Part shown: one piece after another, positions 10,339-21,011 of the stretch
Numbering within the stretch: the stretch's first letter is position 1
Layout: each line of letters starts with the position of its first letter
NCBI GenBank assembly: GCA_963726455.1
Contig: CAVSCK010000004.1
Span: 1,536,001 to 1,600,000 of the forward strand
DNA from: an uncultured bacterium
GTDB taxonomy: Bacteria; Zixibacteria; MSB-5A5; CAIYYT01
Length of the DNA stretch: 64,000 bases
Direction of reading: 5' to 3'
The notes under the pieces: model-generated
Database searches by the model: none
What the model was told of the DNA's origin: nothing
Seen by the model: the letters and a program-made list of their open reading frames with translations, nothing else
Program-made: the position numbers and the translations under genes

Positions 10339-11523
10339 ATGACCAAACTCACCTTTCCTGTCCTGGCCTTCAGGCACATTGATACTCAATTTCTCAACAA
10401 TGGGTTGAAGAACTATTACGCGGTTCTGAATACGCGAGACTTGCCCAATTTCACAGGTTGGCGAAAAATCAATGTCCGTGATCCTAAACTAAAAGGCGCC
10501 GTTCCTCACGCCATAAGAATGAGCTATCGCGAGAAGCCAGACATGTTCATCTTCATGAACCGAGGTATAGTCATTTCTGTTTCTTCCGTCGTGTTCGACA
10601 ACAAGTCCTCTCGAATTACTATCGAACTGAAGGATCCTGATTTGCACGGTCTTCTCGATGGCGGTCACACATACAACATCATTCTCGAGGAGCGCGAGGA
10701 TCAATCGGTTGACCAATACGTGAAAGTAGAAATTCTAGAGGGTCTTTCACACGAAGACATTACGCAGATTGTCGATGCGAGGAATACATCGAATCAAGTG
10801 AGAGACGAAAGCCTAATGAATCTAAGTGGCGAATTCGAGAAATTGAAGAAAGCCCTTGAAGGGGCGCCTTACTTCGAGTCGATAGCATTTAAGGAATACG
10901 AACTTGACAAGAACGGGGATCCTAAGCCTATCGACGTTAGAGAAATCATCGCGATTCTGACAGCGTTTGATCGAGATAACTTCGATGACAAGGTACACCC
11001 AATCAACACTTACAGATCTAAAGCCGCATGTTTAAAACACTTCAAGGAACATCCTGAATCGTACAAGAGGATCTATCCGCTCGCAAAGGAGATATTGGAA
11101 CTCTATGATCACATTCAGGAGAAACTGCCGGAGCTCTACAATCAAGTTAGAGGCCAAACCGGTGACGTCAGTGGTGGAAAGTTCGGGAAAATGACTGGAG
11201 TGACCTTCCATAAGACGTTTCCGAAAACCCACAATTATCTTTTCTTCCTCGACAAGAGGACCAAGTACGGTGTTCCGGACGGCTTTACTTATCCAATCCT
11301 GGGCGGATTCAGAGCTCTGTTGGAAGAGAGGTCTGGCAGATACGTTTGGGGCAAGAGTCTCCATCCAGTCGTACTCTTGAACGGTGAGTTAGGATTGAAG
11401 CTCGCGGATACGATTGGGAATTTTGCATTAGAAGCCCAGAATCCATCTAAGACTGGCAAATCGCCTTTGGTGTGGCAGGCCTGCTATCAGTCGGTTCAAG
11501 TGGCATATCTGACGGCCAAGTAG
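10339..11523 (+). CDS. AIPR (abortive infection phage resistance) family protein
   Basis: FIFMNRGIVI, LLDGGHT and ARNTSNQV match AIPR motifs; GGAGG RBS. Confidence 0.8.
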   Translation: MTKLTFPVLAFRHIDTQFLNNGLKNYYAVLNTRDLPNFTGWRKINVRDPKLKGAVPHAIRMSYREKPDMFIFMNRGIVISVSSVVFDNKSSRITIELKDPDLHGLLDGGHTYNIILEEREDQSVDQYVKVEILEGLSHEDITQIVDARNTSNQVRDESLMNLSGEFEKLKKALEGAPYFESIAFKEYELDKNGDPKPIDVREIIAILTAFDRDNFDDKVHPINTYRSKAACLKHFKEHPESYKRIYPLAKEILELYDHIQEKLPELYNQVRGQTGDVSGGKFGKMTGVTFHKTFPKTHNYLFFLDKRTKYGVPDGFTYPILGGFRALLEERSGRYVWGKSLHPVVLLNGELGLKLADTIGNFALEAQNPSKTGKSPLVWQACYQSVQVAYLTAK

Positions 11524-11556
11524 CTCCGAGGGCTGTTGGTGAGGAGCACAGAAGCC

Positions 11557-11587
11557 CGCGCCGTTGACTAATGACGTCAACGGCGCG
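11557..11587 (+). terminator. 12-bp hairpin downstream of the AIPR gene
   Basis: cgcgccgttgac-7 nt-gtcaacggcgcg; weak U-tract. Confidence 0.45.
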
Positions 11588-11744
11588 TCTGTACTTCGAG
11601 GTAAGCATCACTGCGCTACCCGCCTATCAAGCGGGAACCGCGCATTCCACTTTTCCCTTACCATTCCCCACAAAATTTTGTATCGTAACCGATCTAGAGA
11701 GCAGCATGGCGGTACTTGGCAATTTCGACGGAAGGTAGATAGAT

Positions 11745-13430
11745 ATGGCGACGGAAACGAATCGACCCTCGAATTTCATTCGGGACATCATTGATGAAGA
11801 TATGAAGACCGGCAAGTTCGGCGGCAAGGTGCAAACACGCTTTCCACCGGAACCGAACGGGTATCTTCATATCGGACACGCCAAGTCGATCTGCCTCAAT
11901 TTCGGGCTGGCGCGCGACTACGGCGGCAAATGCAATCTGCGCTTCGATGACACCAACCCGATCAAGGAAGAGTTGGAGTATGTTGATGCAATCAAAGAGG
12001 ATGTGCGCTGGCTCGGCTGGGATTGGGAAGATCGCGAACTGTACGCCTCGGATTACTACGAACAGCTCTACCAGTACGCGATTCAGCTCATCAATAAAGG
12101 GGTCGCATTTGTTTGCGACCTGACCGCCGACCAGATTCGCGAATATCGCGGCACGCTGACGACTCCCGGCAAGGAAAGTCCCTGGCGCAACCGTTCCGTC
12201 GAGGAAAATCTTGATCTGTTCGGCCGCATGAAAGCCGGCGAATTTCCGGATGGCTCCAAAACATTGCGCGCCAAGATCGACATGTCATCGGGCAATATTA
12301 ACCTGCGCGATCCCGTGATGTACCGCATCGTGCGGGCGACGCACCACCGCACCGGCGACACGTGGTGCATCTATCCGATGTATGACTGGGCGCATGGGCA
12401 GAGCGATTCAATCGAGGGAATTACGCATTCGATTTGCACGCTCGAATTTGAGGATCACCGGCCGCTTTACGACTGGTTTGTCGAACGGTTGGGGATTCAC
12501 CATCCACAGCAAATCGAGTTCGCGCGGTTGAATCTCAATTACACGGTCATGAGCAAGCGGAAGCTGTTGGAGTTGGTCAAAGATAACCACGTCAGCGGCT
12601 GGGATGATCCACGTATGCCGACGATCTGCGGATTGCGGCGCCGTGGTTTTACACCGGAGTCGATTCGGAATTTTGCCGACAAGATCGGCGTCGCCAAAGC
12701 CGATTCCACGGTTGATATCGCGCTGCTGGAGGCCTGCCTACGCGAACATCTGAATTTGATCGCGCCGCGCGTGATGGCAGTTTTGCGGCCACTCAGAGTG
12801 GTGATTGACAATTATCCTGACGGCAAAGTCGAGGAACTCGAGGCGGTCAACAATCCGGAGGATCCCAACAGCGGAACCCGGATGATGCCTTTCTCGAAAG
12901 TCATTTATGTCGAGCAGGAGGATTTTCGCGAGGACCCACCCAAGAAGTTTTTCCGTTTGGCGCCCGGACGTGAAGTGAGATTAAAACACGCGTATTACAT
13001 CACCTGCCAGAGTGTGGTCAAGGACGCCAAGACCGGCGAGGTAACCGAATTGCACTGCACCTACGATCCGCAGTCGCGCGGCGGCGGCACGCCCGACAAT
13101 CGCAAGGTCGAGGGCACACTACACTGGGTCTCGGCGCAGCACGCTGTCGATGCCGAAGTTCGCCTGTTCGACCGATTGTTCAGCGTCGAGGATCCTGACC
13201 GCAGCGAAGAAGGCAAGGATTTCAAATCCAACCTTAATCTGAATTCGCTTGAAGTACTGACCGGCTGCAAAGTCGAGCCGTCCTTGAACAACGCTTCATC
13301 CGGCAGCAAGTATCAGTTCCTGCGCCAGGGATATTTCTGTGTCGATCCCGATTCGAAACCGGGCCGACCGGTGTTCAATCGCGCCGTCGGGCTGAGGGAC
13401 AGCTGGGCGAAGATTGAGAAGCGGAAGTAG
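11745..13430 (+). CDS. glnS: Glutamine--tRNA ligase
   Basis: [37 protein letters not shown]. Confidence 0.97.
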   Translation: MATETNRPSNFIRDIIDEDMKTGKFGGKVQTRFPPEPNGYLHIGHAKSICLNFGLARDYGGKCNLRFDDTNPIKEELEYVDAIKEDVRWLGWDWEDRELYASDYYEQLYQYAIQLINKGVAFVCDLTADQIREYRGTLTTPGKESPWRNRSVEENLDLFGRMKAGEFPDGSKTLRAKIDMSSGNINLRDPVMYRIVRATHHRTGDTWCIYPMYDWAHGQSDSIEGITHSICTLEFEDHRPLYDWFVERLGIHHPQQIEFARLNLNYTVMSKRKLLELVKDNHVSGWDDPRMPTICGLRRRGFTPESIRNFADKIGVAKADSTVDIALLEACLREHLNLIAPRVMAVLRPLRVVIDNYPDGKVEELEAVNNPEDPNSGTRMMPFSKVIYVEQEDFREDPPKKFFRLAPGREVRLKHAYYITCQSVVKDAKTGEVTELHCTYDPQSRGGGTPDNRKVEGTLHWVSAQHAVDAEVRLFDRLFSVEDPDRSEEGKDFKSNLNLNSLEVLTGCKVEPSLNNASSGSKYQFLRQGYFCVDPDSKPGRPVFNRAVGLRDSWAKIEKRK

Positions 13431-13529
13431 TGGTTTGGCGATTCGACTCGGGCGCAATTGCACAAGACCGTATATCGAGCGTTACTTCTTCTGACAAGAT
13501 CAGGTGATCGCTAAAGTTAAGGAGATAGA

Positions 13530-14336
13530 GTGACAAGGGCGTGGCAAACTCTGGCGATGGTGATTCTGCTGGCGGGAGATCTGCAGCCAAGACTGGTGTC
13601 GAAATGGCCGTACGAAGTGCCGCCAATTAGCAAGCGAGGGTTCTACCTTCATATCAACATGGATAAGCCGACTTTCAAACGGTATGAAGACATTCGCGTG
13701 ATTTGCTGGTTGGAGAACACAACGGATAAGAGCCAATGTTATAACTCCTGGGATAAGTTGAACTTCGAGTTATTTGAGGAAAGTGGAAGACCGGTAGAGT
13801 CCTGCTTGCCAAACATCGAATACTCCATTGTTCAGCGCGTTGACAAGTGGGGAAAGCCGATCAATAATTACGTCGAGGTTGCTCCCCATGAGTCTGAAAT
13901 GGCGGACACTTTTAATTTGCTTGCGAGTTACGGCTTCGGCCATACCTGGGAATGCTTCTACTTGCCGGTTGGAAAGTACCTCTTAACCTGCTCGAAAACC
14001 TTGTCCGACCGGGTGTTCTTTGAGGTCGTTGAGCCGACAGACTCACTCGAGGCTAGAGCTGTCTGCCTGATGGACCGTGCTCTGGATCAACATCTTACTG
14101 TCCCTGGACACGAAGCGACCGGCCCCTATTTCTGGCCTAATCAAGTGCAGAGATATAGGTTTCTTGCGGAATTGGTGGATTCATTTCCTCACGTCTATTT
14201 CATTCCGTGGGCGAATATGTACCTGCATAGGTCTGCCGGCTATCTGATCGATAGCCCGCAATGGAAAGACTCGGTCACGGACGCTGATCGCGAGAGTTTG
14301 CGAAGACACGGATACGACCCAACTCCAAGCCAATAG
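13530..14336 (+). CDS. Hypothetical exported protein
   Basis: 268-aa ORF with AAGGAG RBS and a hydrophobic N-terminus; no family recognised. Confidence 0.55.
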   Translation: MTRAWQTLAMVILLAGDLQPRLVSKWPYEVPPISKRGFYLHINMDKPTFKRYEDIRVICWLENTTDKSQCYNSWDKLNFELFEESGRPVESCLPNIEYSIVQRVDKWGKPINNYVEVAPHESEMADTFNLLASYGFGHTWECFYLPVGKYLLTCSKTLSDRVFFEVVEPTDSLEARAVCLMDRALDQHLTVPGHEATGPYFWPNQVQRYRFLAELVDSFPHVYFIPWANMYLHRSAGYLIDSPQWKDSVTDADRESLRRHGYDPTPSQ

Positions 14337-14441
14337 AAGGAGTCAGCGTTATCTAATTGCTTCTTGGCGCTGAGATCACTTCCGGCGCCTAACCGATTAT
14401 GCTTGCGAGCTAATCGATTGTTTGGTTGTATAGCTGTTGTC

Positions 14442-15359
14442 ATGCTAACTTCAGTACATTTCTTACTCAGTTACCAGTGTACGTCCGAGTGCGATCACTG
14501 CTTCTTGTATTGTAGTCCGCAGGCGGAAGGGACATTCACGCTCGCGAAGTTGCGACAAGCGTTCGACCAGATTCGCCAGGTGAAGTCAATCACGGAAGTA
14601 TATTTCGAGGGTGGCGAGCCGTTCCTGTTTTATCCGCTGCTGGTGGCGGGAGTCCGCTACGCGTGCCAACAGGGACTTACGGTCGGCATCGTGTCCAACT
14701 CGTACTGGGCGACCTCGGTTGAAGATGCCGAAGCATGGCTGCAACCGCTGGCCGAGTTGGGCATCAGTGACCTGAGTTTGAGCGATGATCTGCTCCACTA
14801 TAACAATGTCGAGAACTCTCCTGCCAAAATGGCTCTTGCCGCTGCCAAAAGACTCGGAATTCCGGCGGACACGATTTGTATCGAGTCGCCGGAGACCGTC
14901 ATTGCCGACGACGCGGAGAACAAGGGGAAACCGATAGTCAAGGGTGGTGTCAAGTTCAGAGGGAGAGCAGTTGAGAAGCTAGCTGAAGGCATTCCGCGGC
15001 AGCCATGGAAGAATCTGACAAGTTGTCCGCATGAGGATTTGGAGAATCCTGAGCGTGTGCACCTGGACGCTTTTGGGAATGTGCATCTCTGTCAGGGCCT
15101 GTTGATGGGGAATATCTGGCAGACACCGCTATCGGAATTGATCCGCACTTACGACCCGAAGAGCCACCCGATTTGTGGCCCACTGCTCAAAGGCGGCCCG
15201 GCGCTCCTCGCCCAAAAATACGGTGTTGCGTTAGAGCCGGAATACATCGAGGAATGTCATTTGTGTTATCTGGTGCGGCGCGCTTTGATCGATCGATTTC
15301 CGGCAGTACTTGGTCCGAGACAAGTCTACGGATTGTCAAAAGCCCCCGCTGTAAGCTAA
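14442..15359 (+). CDS. Radical SAM protein of unknown function
   Basis: CTSECDHC motif, EGGEPF, C-terminal CPH/CQG/ECHLC cysteines. Confidence 0.85.
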   Translation: MLTSVHFLLSYQCTSECDHCFLYCSPQAEGTFTLAKLRQAFDQIRQVKSITEVYFEGGEPFLFYPLLVAGVRYACQQGLTVGIVSNSYWATSVEDAEAWLQPLAELGISDLSLSDDLLHYNNVENSPAKMALAAAKRLGIPADTICIESPETVIADDAENKGKPIVKGGVKFRGRAVEKLAEGIPRQPWKNLTSCPHEDLENPERVHLDAFGNVHLCQGLLMGNIWQTPLSELIRTYDPKSHPICGPLLKGGPALLAQKYGVALEPEYIEECHLCYLVRRALIDRFPAVLGPRQVYGLSKAPAVS

Positions 15360-15361
15360 CA

Positions 15362-15488
15362 ATAAAAAAGAAGCGGCTCCGTCTCCAGAGCCGCAGGACG
15401 CCCACTAACCTGCTTCTGGGAGTTAGTGGTATCACCGTATCGTAATGGTCTATTCAATTCCGTCACGACGGTGACGTCGTAACTCAGC
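15362..15488 (-). ncRNA. Candidate sigma54-dependent small RNA, about 125 nt, three hairpins
   Basis: Hairpins at 15432-15474, 15402-15429 and 15373-15394, the last followed by a U-tract on minus; sigma54-like promoter directly upstream. Confidence 0.5.
15364..15394 (-). terminator. Intrinsic terminator, minus strand
   Basis: gcggctc/gagccgc stem followed by TTCTTTTTT on minus. Confidence 0.7.
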
Positions 15489-15498
15489 ATAATGACTA

Positions 15499-15515
15499 TT
15501 CAAGTTGCGTGCCAA
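15499..15515 (-). promoter_or_regulatory. Sigma54 -24/-12 like promoter TTGGCACGCAACTTGAA
   Basis: TGGCAC-N5-TTG; one mismatch (A for C) at -12. Confidence 0.55.
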
Positions 15516-15938
15516 AATCGCCGGCTTCGTAAGCGTATGATCTATAAAGGGAATGGGGCGCCGAAGATGCAGACGTTTGCAGTTTCGCTCAAATTGAGAG
15601 TGCAACAATCGCCTGATATTTGCTATCTGCCGGACGTTTGTATCAAATCGGTTCGCAAAAATTGGATTGCAGCGGCGGAATAGCGCGCTATCTTTCGGTT
15701 GTAGTTGGACTGCTCTTTTGTGTTGCCGGACGGCAAAATCGCCGGATTTTGGAATTTGTCTGCGCAAAAGGTGGATAAAAACAGGCAACACCGTCCGATG
15801 AATAGAGTATAAGAGTTATCATGCACTGGCCAAGGTGCTTGTCAAAAAGGATTATGCATTTTGTCGCTTGCAACAGACGGGCGGCCAAACAGTTTTCTGG
15901 TTTGTGAATTTCGAATCTCAAGATAATGAGGTGATCTG

Positions 15939-17765
15939 ATGTGCGGAATTGTTGCATATATCGGCCAAAGGCCCGCTTGTGACATCCTGATTAACGGGCT
16001 TAAGCGTTTGGAATACCGTGGCTATGACTCCGCCGGACTGGCGCTGTTGGAGAACGGCCAAATTCTGTTCGAGAAGACTGCGGGCAAGATCAAGGTTCTC
16101 GAAGAGCAACTTGAAGGACGGTCATTTTCGGCCACCGCCGGAATCGCTCATACACGCTGGGCCACACACGGCGTGCCGAACGACATCAACGCGCATCCGC
16201 ACCTCGACTGCTCCGGCAAGATTGCAGTCGTCCACAACGGCATCATTGAAAATTTCAAAACCTTGCGTGCCCTGCTTGAACGGAAGGGCCATGCTTTCGA
16301 AAGCGATACGGACACGGAAGTTATCGCGCACCTGATCGAGGAATACTACGACGACAATCTGACCCGCGCCGTCCAGCTGGCTATGTCACAGGTTGAGGGC
16401 ACTTACGGAATCGCGGTTCTTTGCCTCGACCAGCCGGATGTTATTGTCGCGGCCCGCCATGGTTCGCCTCTGGTCGCCGGTCTGGGCGACGGCGAAAATC
16501 TGGTGGCTTCCGACGTGTCGGCCATGTTGGAGCACACCAAGAAAGTCGTTTACCTCGGTGAGGGCGAAGTCGTCACAATTTCCCGCGACGGAATTCAAAT
16601 AGCGACGATGGACAATTTGCCGGTTTCGCCCAAATATCAAGAGATCGAGTGGGATCTGGTGCAGCTTGAAAAGGGCGGCTTCCAGCACTTCATGGCGAAA
16701 GAGATTTTCGAGCAGCCCACGACAATTCAGAATGCCATTCGCGGCCGGTTGAATTTTAGTGCCGGCACGGCGCGCTTAAACGGTCTCAAATTGCAGGCCG
16801 ATGAATTGCTCCACCTGAAGCGGATTATCATTTCTGCGTGTGGAACTTCCTGGCATTCCGCCTTAATCGGCGAATACATGATCGAAGACCTGGCGCGCAT
16901 CCCGGTCGAGGTTGAATACGCCTCGGAATTCCGATATCGTGCCCCGATTATCGAAGAGGGCACACTTGTCTTCGTCATCAGCCAATCAGGCGAGACGGCT
17001 GATACGCTTGCCGCAATGCGCGAAGCGAAGCAGAAGGGCGCCACGGTGCTGGGAATCTGCAATGTCGTCGGCTCCTCGATTGCGCGCGAATCAGATGGCG
17101 GCATTTACATCCACGCCGGACCGGAAATCGGTGTCGCCTCCACCAAGGCCTTCACGTCGCAGGTAACAGTGCTCGCGCTGTTGACACTGCTATTGGCGCG
17201 CCAGAGAAATATCTCGATTGAGAAAGGCCGGCAGATCATTGACGCCATGGACCGCATCTCCGACCTGGTCGAGGAACAACTGCAAAAAGAAGACGTGATC
17301 AAAGAAATCGCGGGAATGTATTACGACAAGAACAACTTCCTGTATCTTGGGCGCGGCATCAATTTCCCGGTGGCTCTTGAAGGCGCGTTGAAACTCAAGG
17401 AAATCTCATACATCCACGCCGAGGGGTATCCCGCTGCCGAGATGAAGCATGGCCCGATCGCGCTGATTGACGAAAACATGCCGGTCGTCGTGCTTGCGCA
17501 ACAGGATCAGGTGTATGACAAAGTCATCTCCAACATTCAGGAAATCAAGGCGCGTAACGGCCAAGTGATTGCGCTTGCCACCGAGGGCGATTCTGACATT
17601 GCCCGGCTTGCCAATCACGTTATCTACTTGCCGAAGGTGCCATACCACCTGTCACCGATTGTCTCGATCATTCCGCTGCAATTGCTGGCTTATCATATCG
17701 CCGTGCTGCGCGGCTGCGACGTGGATCAGCCGAGAAACCTCGCCAAATCGGTTACAGTGGAATAG
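15939..17765 (+). CDS. glmS: Glutamine--fructose-6-phosphate transaminase
   Basis: MCGIV N-terminus, HTRWATHG, SQSGETADT, PRNLAKSVTVE C-terminus. Confidence 0.98.
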   Translation: MCGIVAYIGQRPACDILINGLKRLEYRGYDSAGLALLENGQILFEKTAGKIKVLEEQLEGRSFSATAGIAHTRWATHGVPNDINAHPHLDCSGKIAVVHNGIIENFKTLRALLERKGHAFESDTDTEVIAHLIEEYYDDNLTRAVQLAMSQVEGTYGIAVLCLDQPDVIVAARHGSPLVAGLGDGENLVASDVSAMLEHTKKVVYLGEGEVVTISRDGIQIATMDNLPVSPKYQEIEWDLVQLEKGGFQHFMAKEIFEQPTTIQNAIRGRLNFSAGTARLNGLKLQADELLHLKRIIISACGTSWHSALIGEYMIEDLARIPVEVEYASEFRYRAPIIEEGTLVFVISQSGETADTLAAMREAKQKGATVLGICNVVGSSIARESDGGIYIHAGPEIGVASTKAFTSQVTVLALLTLLLARQRNISIEKGRQIIDAMDRISDLVEEQLQKEDVIKEIAGMYYDKNNFLYLGRGINFPVALEGALKLKEISYIHAEGYPAAEMKHGPIALIDENMPVVVLAQQDQVYDKVISNIQEIKARNGQVIALATEGDSDIARLANHVIYLPKVPYHLSPIVSIIPLQLLAYHIAVLRGCDVDQPRNLAKSVTVE

Positions 17766-17778
17766 AGGAGTAGGGCGA

Positions 17779-18192
17779 ATGCGTGTCGATATTGCGTGGG
17801 TGAACGCCAAACAATTCGAGGCCACCAACGAGGAGGGGGCACAATTTCGCATGGACAGCAAACGCAAAGCGGGCGGCTCGGGCGATTATGCCAGCCCGAC
17901 CGATCACCTGCTGGCTGCGGCCGGCGGCTGCACGGGAATTGATGTCGTCTCTATCTTGCAGAAGATGCGGCAGGAATTCCGCTCACTCAAGATCGAGGTC
18001 GAGGGCACGCAGGCCGAAGAACATCCGAAGTATTTCACGCATATTCATCTGAGATACATCCTTGAAGGCGACAAGCTCGACCGCAGCAAGGTCGAGCAAG
18101 CTGTTGAATTCTCTCAGGACAAGTATTGTTCCGTGCGGGCGACACTGTCCGACAAATGCAAGGTGACCACCGAAATTGTGATCCTGCCCTGA
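17779..18192 (+). CDS. OsmC family protein
   Basis: GAGGAG RBS; SPTDHLLAAAGGCTGIDV...SQDKYCSV. Confidence 0.88.
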   Translation: MRVDIAWVNAKQFEATNEEGAQFRMDSKRKAGGSGDYASPTDHLLAAAGGCTGIDVVSILQKMRQEFRSLKIEVEGTQAEEHPKYFTHIHLRYILEGDKLDRSKVEQAVEFSQDKYCSVRATLSDKCKVTTEIVILP

Positions 18193-18287
18193 CTTTCTCC
18201 CGACGCTGCAATTACGGCGTCGATTCACTTGCCTAATCCATCCTGCTTTGCTAGTCTTGTAGTGATGAAATTCCCGGCGGGACGTCA

Positions 18288-18824
18288 TTGAACGATTATC
18301 TCGAGTGGGTAAAGACATACCCACTTCTGTCCGCAGCGATCCAATTCGCCATTCTCGGTACTCTTGGCGAAGTCACATCTTTCAGTCTACGTGCAAAGAT
18401 ACCGGCTCTCCCCTGCTCGATCATACAACTAGTTTTCAAAGTTTTCGCCTGGGCGCTATTGGGAATCATAATCAAGTACGGATTTACCGGCATGAAGGGA
18501 TTTACGTCAGCCCTTCTCGAATACAATCTGCTGCCGTCGTTCTTAGCCGATGGAATCGGCTGGGCGTTTGCGGTATCGGTACTGACTAATATTTTATTCG
18601 GGCCGCAGATGATGTTCTTCCACCGGCTCGAAGACAACCTGATTCTGCGGGAATGGAACATGGCGGGGATTACAACGGCCTGGTGGACACTGATTTGGTT
18701 TTGGATACCGGCGCACACGGTCACGTTCAGTCTGCCGACAGACTATCAAATCGGCCTGGCTGCGGTTTGGTCACTGGTACTGGGACTGATTTTGGGGCTA
18801 AGCAAGAAGAAGAAATCAACCTGA
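18288..18824 (+). CDS. Mpv17/PMP22-like membrane protein
   Basis: Multi-TM protein with LGTLGE and WFWIPAHTVTF motifs. Confidence 0.65.
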   Translation: MNDYLEWVKTYPLLSAAIQFAILGTLGEVTSFSLRAKIPALPCSIIQLVFKVFAWALLGIIIKYGFTGMKGFTSALLEYNLLPSFLADGIGWAFAVSVLTNILFGPQMMFFHRLEDNLILREWNMAGITTAWWTLIWFWIPAHTVTFSLPTDYQIGLAAVWSLVLGLILGLSKKKKST

Positions 18825-18836
18825 CGGAGCTACACT

Positions 18837-19271
18837 ATGAAGAACGTTGACACAAAACTGATTGCACCCTGCGGAATCGACTGCTCGATTTGCGAGCTTT
18901 ACAAGACGAATATCACGGATGAATTCGCGGCCACCGTGTCGGAGAGAACAGGAAGGCTAAAAGACAAGCTGCCTTGCGAGGGCTGCAAGCCGGGGCATGG
19001 CAATTGCACGACGATGACCGGCCCCTGCCTGACGTTTGAATGCGTGACCAAGAAAGGTGTCGAATACTGCTTTGAGTGCGACGAATTCCCTTGCGAAAAG
19101 CTTGCCCCGGTCGCCCAGGGAGCCGACCGTTTCCCGCACAATATTAAGGTATACAATCTCTGCCGCATGAAGCTGGTCGGTGTCGAAAAATGGGCGGCCG
19201 AAGAGTCTGAGAAGATCAAGACAAACTACTTCACCGGCAAATTCGGGATCGGCAAAGGGCAGGCGAAGTAG
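18837..19271 (+). CDS. DUF3795 cysteine-rich protein
   Basis: APCGIDCSIC, CEGC, CFECDEFPCEK. Confidence 0.85.
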   Translation: MKNVDTKLIAPCGIDCSICELYKTNITDEFAATVSERTGRLKDKLPCEGCKPGHGNCTTMTGPCLTFECVTKKGVEYCFECDEFPCEKLAPVAQGADRFPHNIKVYNLCRMKLVGVEKWAAEESEKIKTNYFTGKFGIGKGQAK

Positions 19272-19371
19272 CCATCCCAAGCTAAAATAGAGTCGCGGAA
19301 TTTCCCCAAATAATATGCCCGGCAGAAGATTACGTCTGCCAGGCTGTCTTGGAGGGTTGAAAGTCTGACCG

Positions 19372-19956
19372 CTATTTCGCGGCCGGTGCAACAGGTAAAT
19401 GCACCATGTTGTTTACCGGCTTCAGACTCTTCAAATAGGTAAAGATGGCACCAAGTTCGGCGTCCGACGCCTGGCCAATTTCCTGCCACGGCATCGGCGG
19501 TAGAATATCGCGGCCTGTGCCAAGATGCTTACCCGTGCGCAAGGCCTTGATGAATGCGGCCTCGGTCCAAGCGCCGCTACCGGTAGTTTGGTCGGGCGTA
19601 AGATTGGCTGCGAAACTCACACCCCACGGACCTGCCCAGATAGTCATGTCATTGCTTCCCAGGAAGCCCCATTGATCGGGCGCAATGATATTGCCGGGGA
19701 CGTCCGGCAATTTGCCTTCCGAGGGTGAACCACTCAACAGGCGTGAGGCGTCAGGCGCCGGCCCCTGCTGGGTAAATAGCTTCGGTGAGTGGCAGTCATT
19801 GCAGCCGCCCATCAAGACCAGATGTTCGCCGGTCCTGATTAACTGCGCCTGCCGGTCTTTTTCCCCGGTTTTGGGTGTCTGGGCGCTCACGGCGAGAAAT
19901 GCCATCGCTACGATTACGGCAATCGCCGACAGAAACAAAGCCCTCTTTGGAATCAC
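19372..19956 (-). CDS. Periplasmic c-type cytochrome
   Basis: Signal peptide, CNDCH heme motif, ANLTPD, PPMPW; GTG start after GGAGGA. Confidence 0.85.
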   Translation of the reverse strand: MIPKRALFLSAIAVIVAMAFLAVSAQTPKTGEKDRQAQLIRTGEHLVLMGGCNDCHSPKLFTQQGPAPDASRLLSGSPSEGKLPDVPGNIIAPDQWGFLGSNDMTIWAGPWGVSFAANLTPDQTTGSGAWTEAAFIKALRTGKHLGTGRDILPPMPWQEIGQASDAELGAIFTYLKSLKPVNNMVHLPVAPAAK

Positions 19957-20099
19957 GTTTGTTCCTCCTATGTTTGCTTGTTTAACGCAGAGTCCGGCAT
20001 CCGAGTTTGACCGGCGGGCAAGAAAGTTGGGTGTCCTGGCTGGTGCAGGAAGTTGCTCCAATACGACCGCCCCAAAGGCAGTCGCGAACGTATAAATGG

Positions 20100-20127
20100 T
20101 TGACAGTATTGCTCAAACATCTATCTT
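20100..20127 (+). promoter_or_regulatory. Sigma70 promoter TTGACA-N16-TATCTT for the rsbV/W/U-like operon
   Basis: Consensus -35; same layout as the promoter at 34595-34622. Confidence 0.55.
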
Positions 20128-20194
20128 GAGTGCACTGAATCATTAGTGGGCTACGCAGCTTTAGCTGCGACAAGTAGTTAGAAGAAAGGAAGAT

Positions 20195-20543
20195 ATGAAG
20201 CTCAACAGCCGTGAACAGAACGGTGTGATCGTTATTCTGGAACCCAAGGGGAAGATCATGGGCGGGCCGGATGCGACCGTTGCTCAAGGAAGCAATCCGC
20301 GATCATGTCAACCAGTCAAGGAAGAATGTCGTGATCGATCTGAAGGAAGTCGACTGGATGAATTCGACCGGACTGGGAATCATGATTTCCTGCCTGAAGA
20401 CCGTGCGGGAAGCCGGTGGTGACATGAAGCTGGCCAACGTGACCGACAAGATCAAGTCGCTGTTGACGATCACCAAGCTGATCACCGTGTTTGACGCCTA
20501 CAACTCCACCGATGACGCGGTTGCTTCGATCGGAAAACAGTAG
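20195..20543 (+). CDS. STAS anti-sigma factor antagonist (RsbV/SpoIIAA-like), frameshifted near 20280
   Basis: MKLNSREQNGVIVILEPKGKIMGGPDA joins DLKEVDWMNSTGLG in another frame. Confidence 0.85.
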
Positions 20544-20561
20544 TCATTCAGCTCTGACACG

Positions 20562-20991
20562 ATGCTAAAGAAACCGGAGATTCAACAGAACAGGATTACC
20601 ATTCCTTCCGATCCGGCGTTGATTCGGGAGGTTGACGAGTTTGTCGAGTCGAAGCTCAGAGAGCGTCAATCTCACCGACTCCCTCATCGCCGACATTGCC
20701 ATCTGCGCAACCGAGATCGTCAACAACGGCATTAATCACGGCAACAAACAGGATCTGAACAAGACCGTTACCCTCGAACTCAGAGCTGATCCCGAGCAAG
20801 TCGTAATTACCGTCACCGATCAAGGGGAGTCTTTTGACCAGGCCCGAGTCGAGGATCCTGTCGATCCGCGCAATCTGTTGCGGGAAGTCGGCAGAGGCAT
20901 ATTTATCGTGAGGCACTTGATGGACAGCGTGGAGATTCATCGTGCTGACGGCGGGGGAACTGTTGTGACCCTCACCAAGAAAATCGCTTGA
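20562..20991 (+). CDS. Anti-sigma regulatory kinase (RsbW-like), frameshifted near 20650
   Basis: ITIPSDP N-terminus; EIVNNGINHGN, DQGESFD, GRGIFIVRHLMD. Confidence 0.85.
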
Positions 20992-21011
20992 TCCCGGTCT
21001 CGGGAGGTAGA

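Noticed and set aside
14442-15359. Radical SAM, S9 peptidase or TldD/PmbA as maturases of the 25-aa peptide
   Set aside because: They lie 17-29 kb away in unrelated gene contexts and show no RRE.
15450-15791. 113-aa minus-strand ORF between the radical SAM gene and glmS
   Set aside because: No RBS or recognisable motif; the region is better explained as promoter DNA plus an sRNA.
15700-15938. glmS ribozyme upstream of glmS
   Set aside because: I could not find the conserved AGCGCC..ACGAGG core in the leader.
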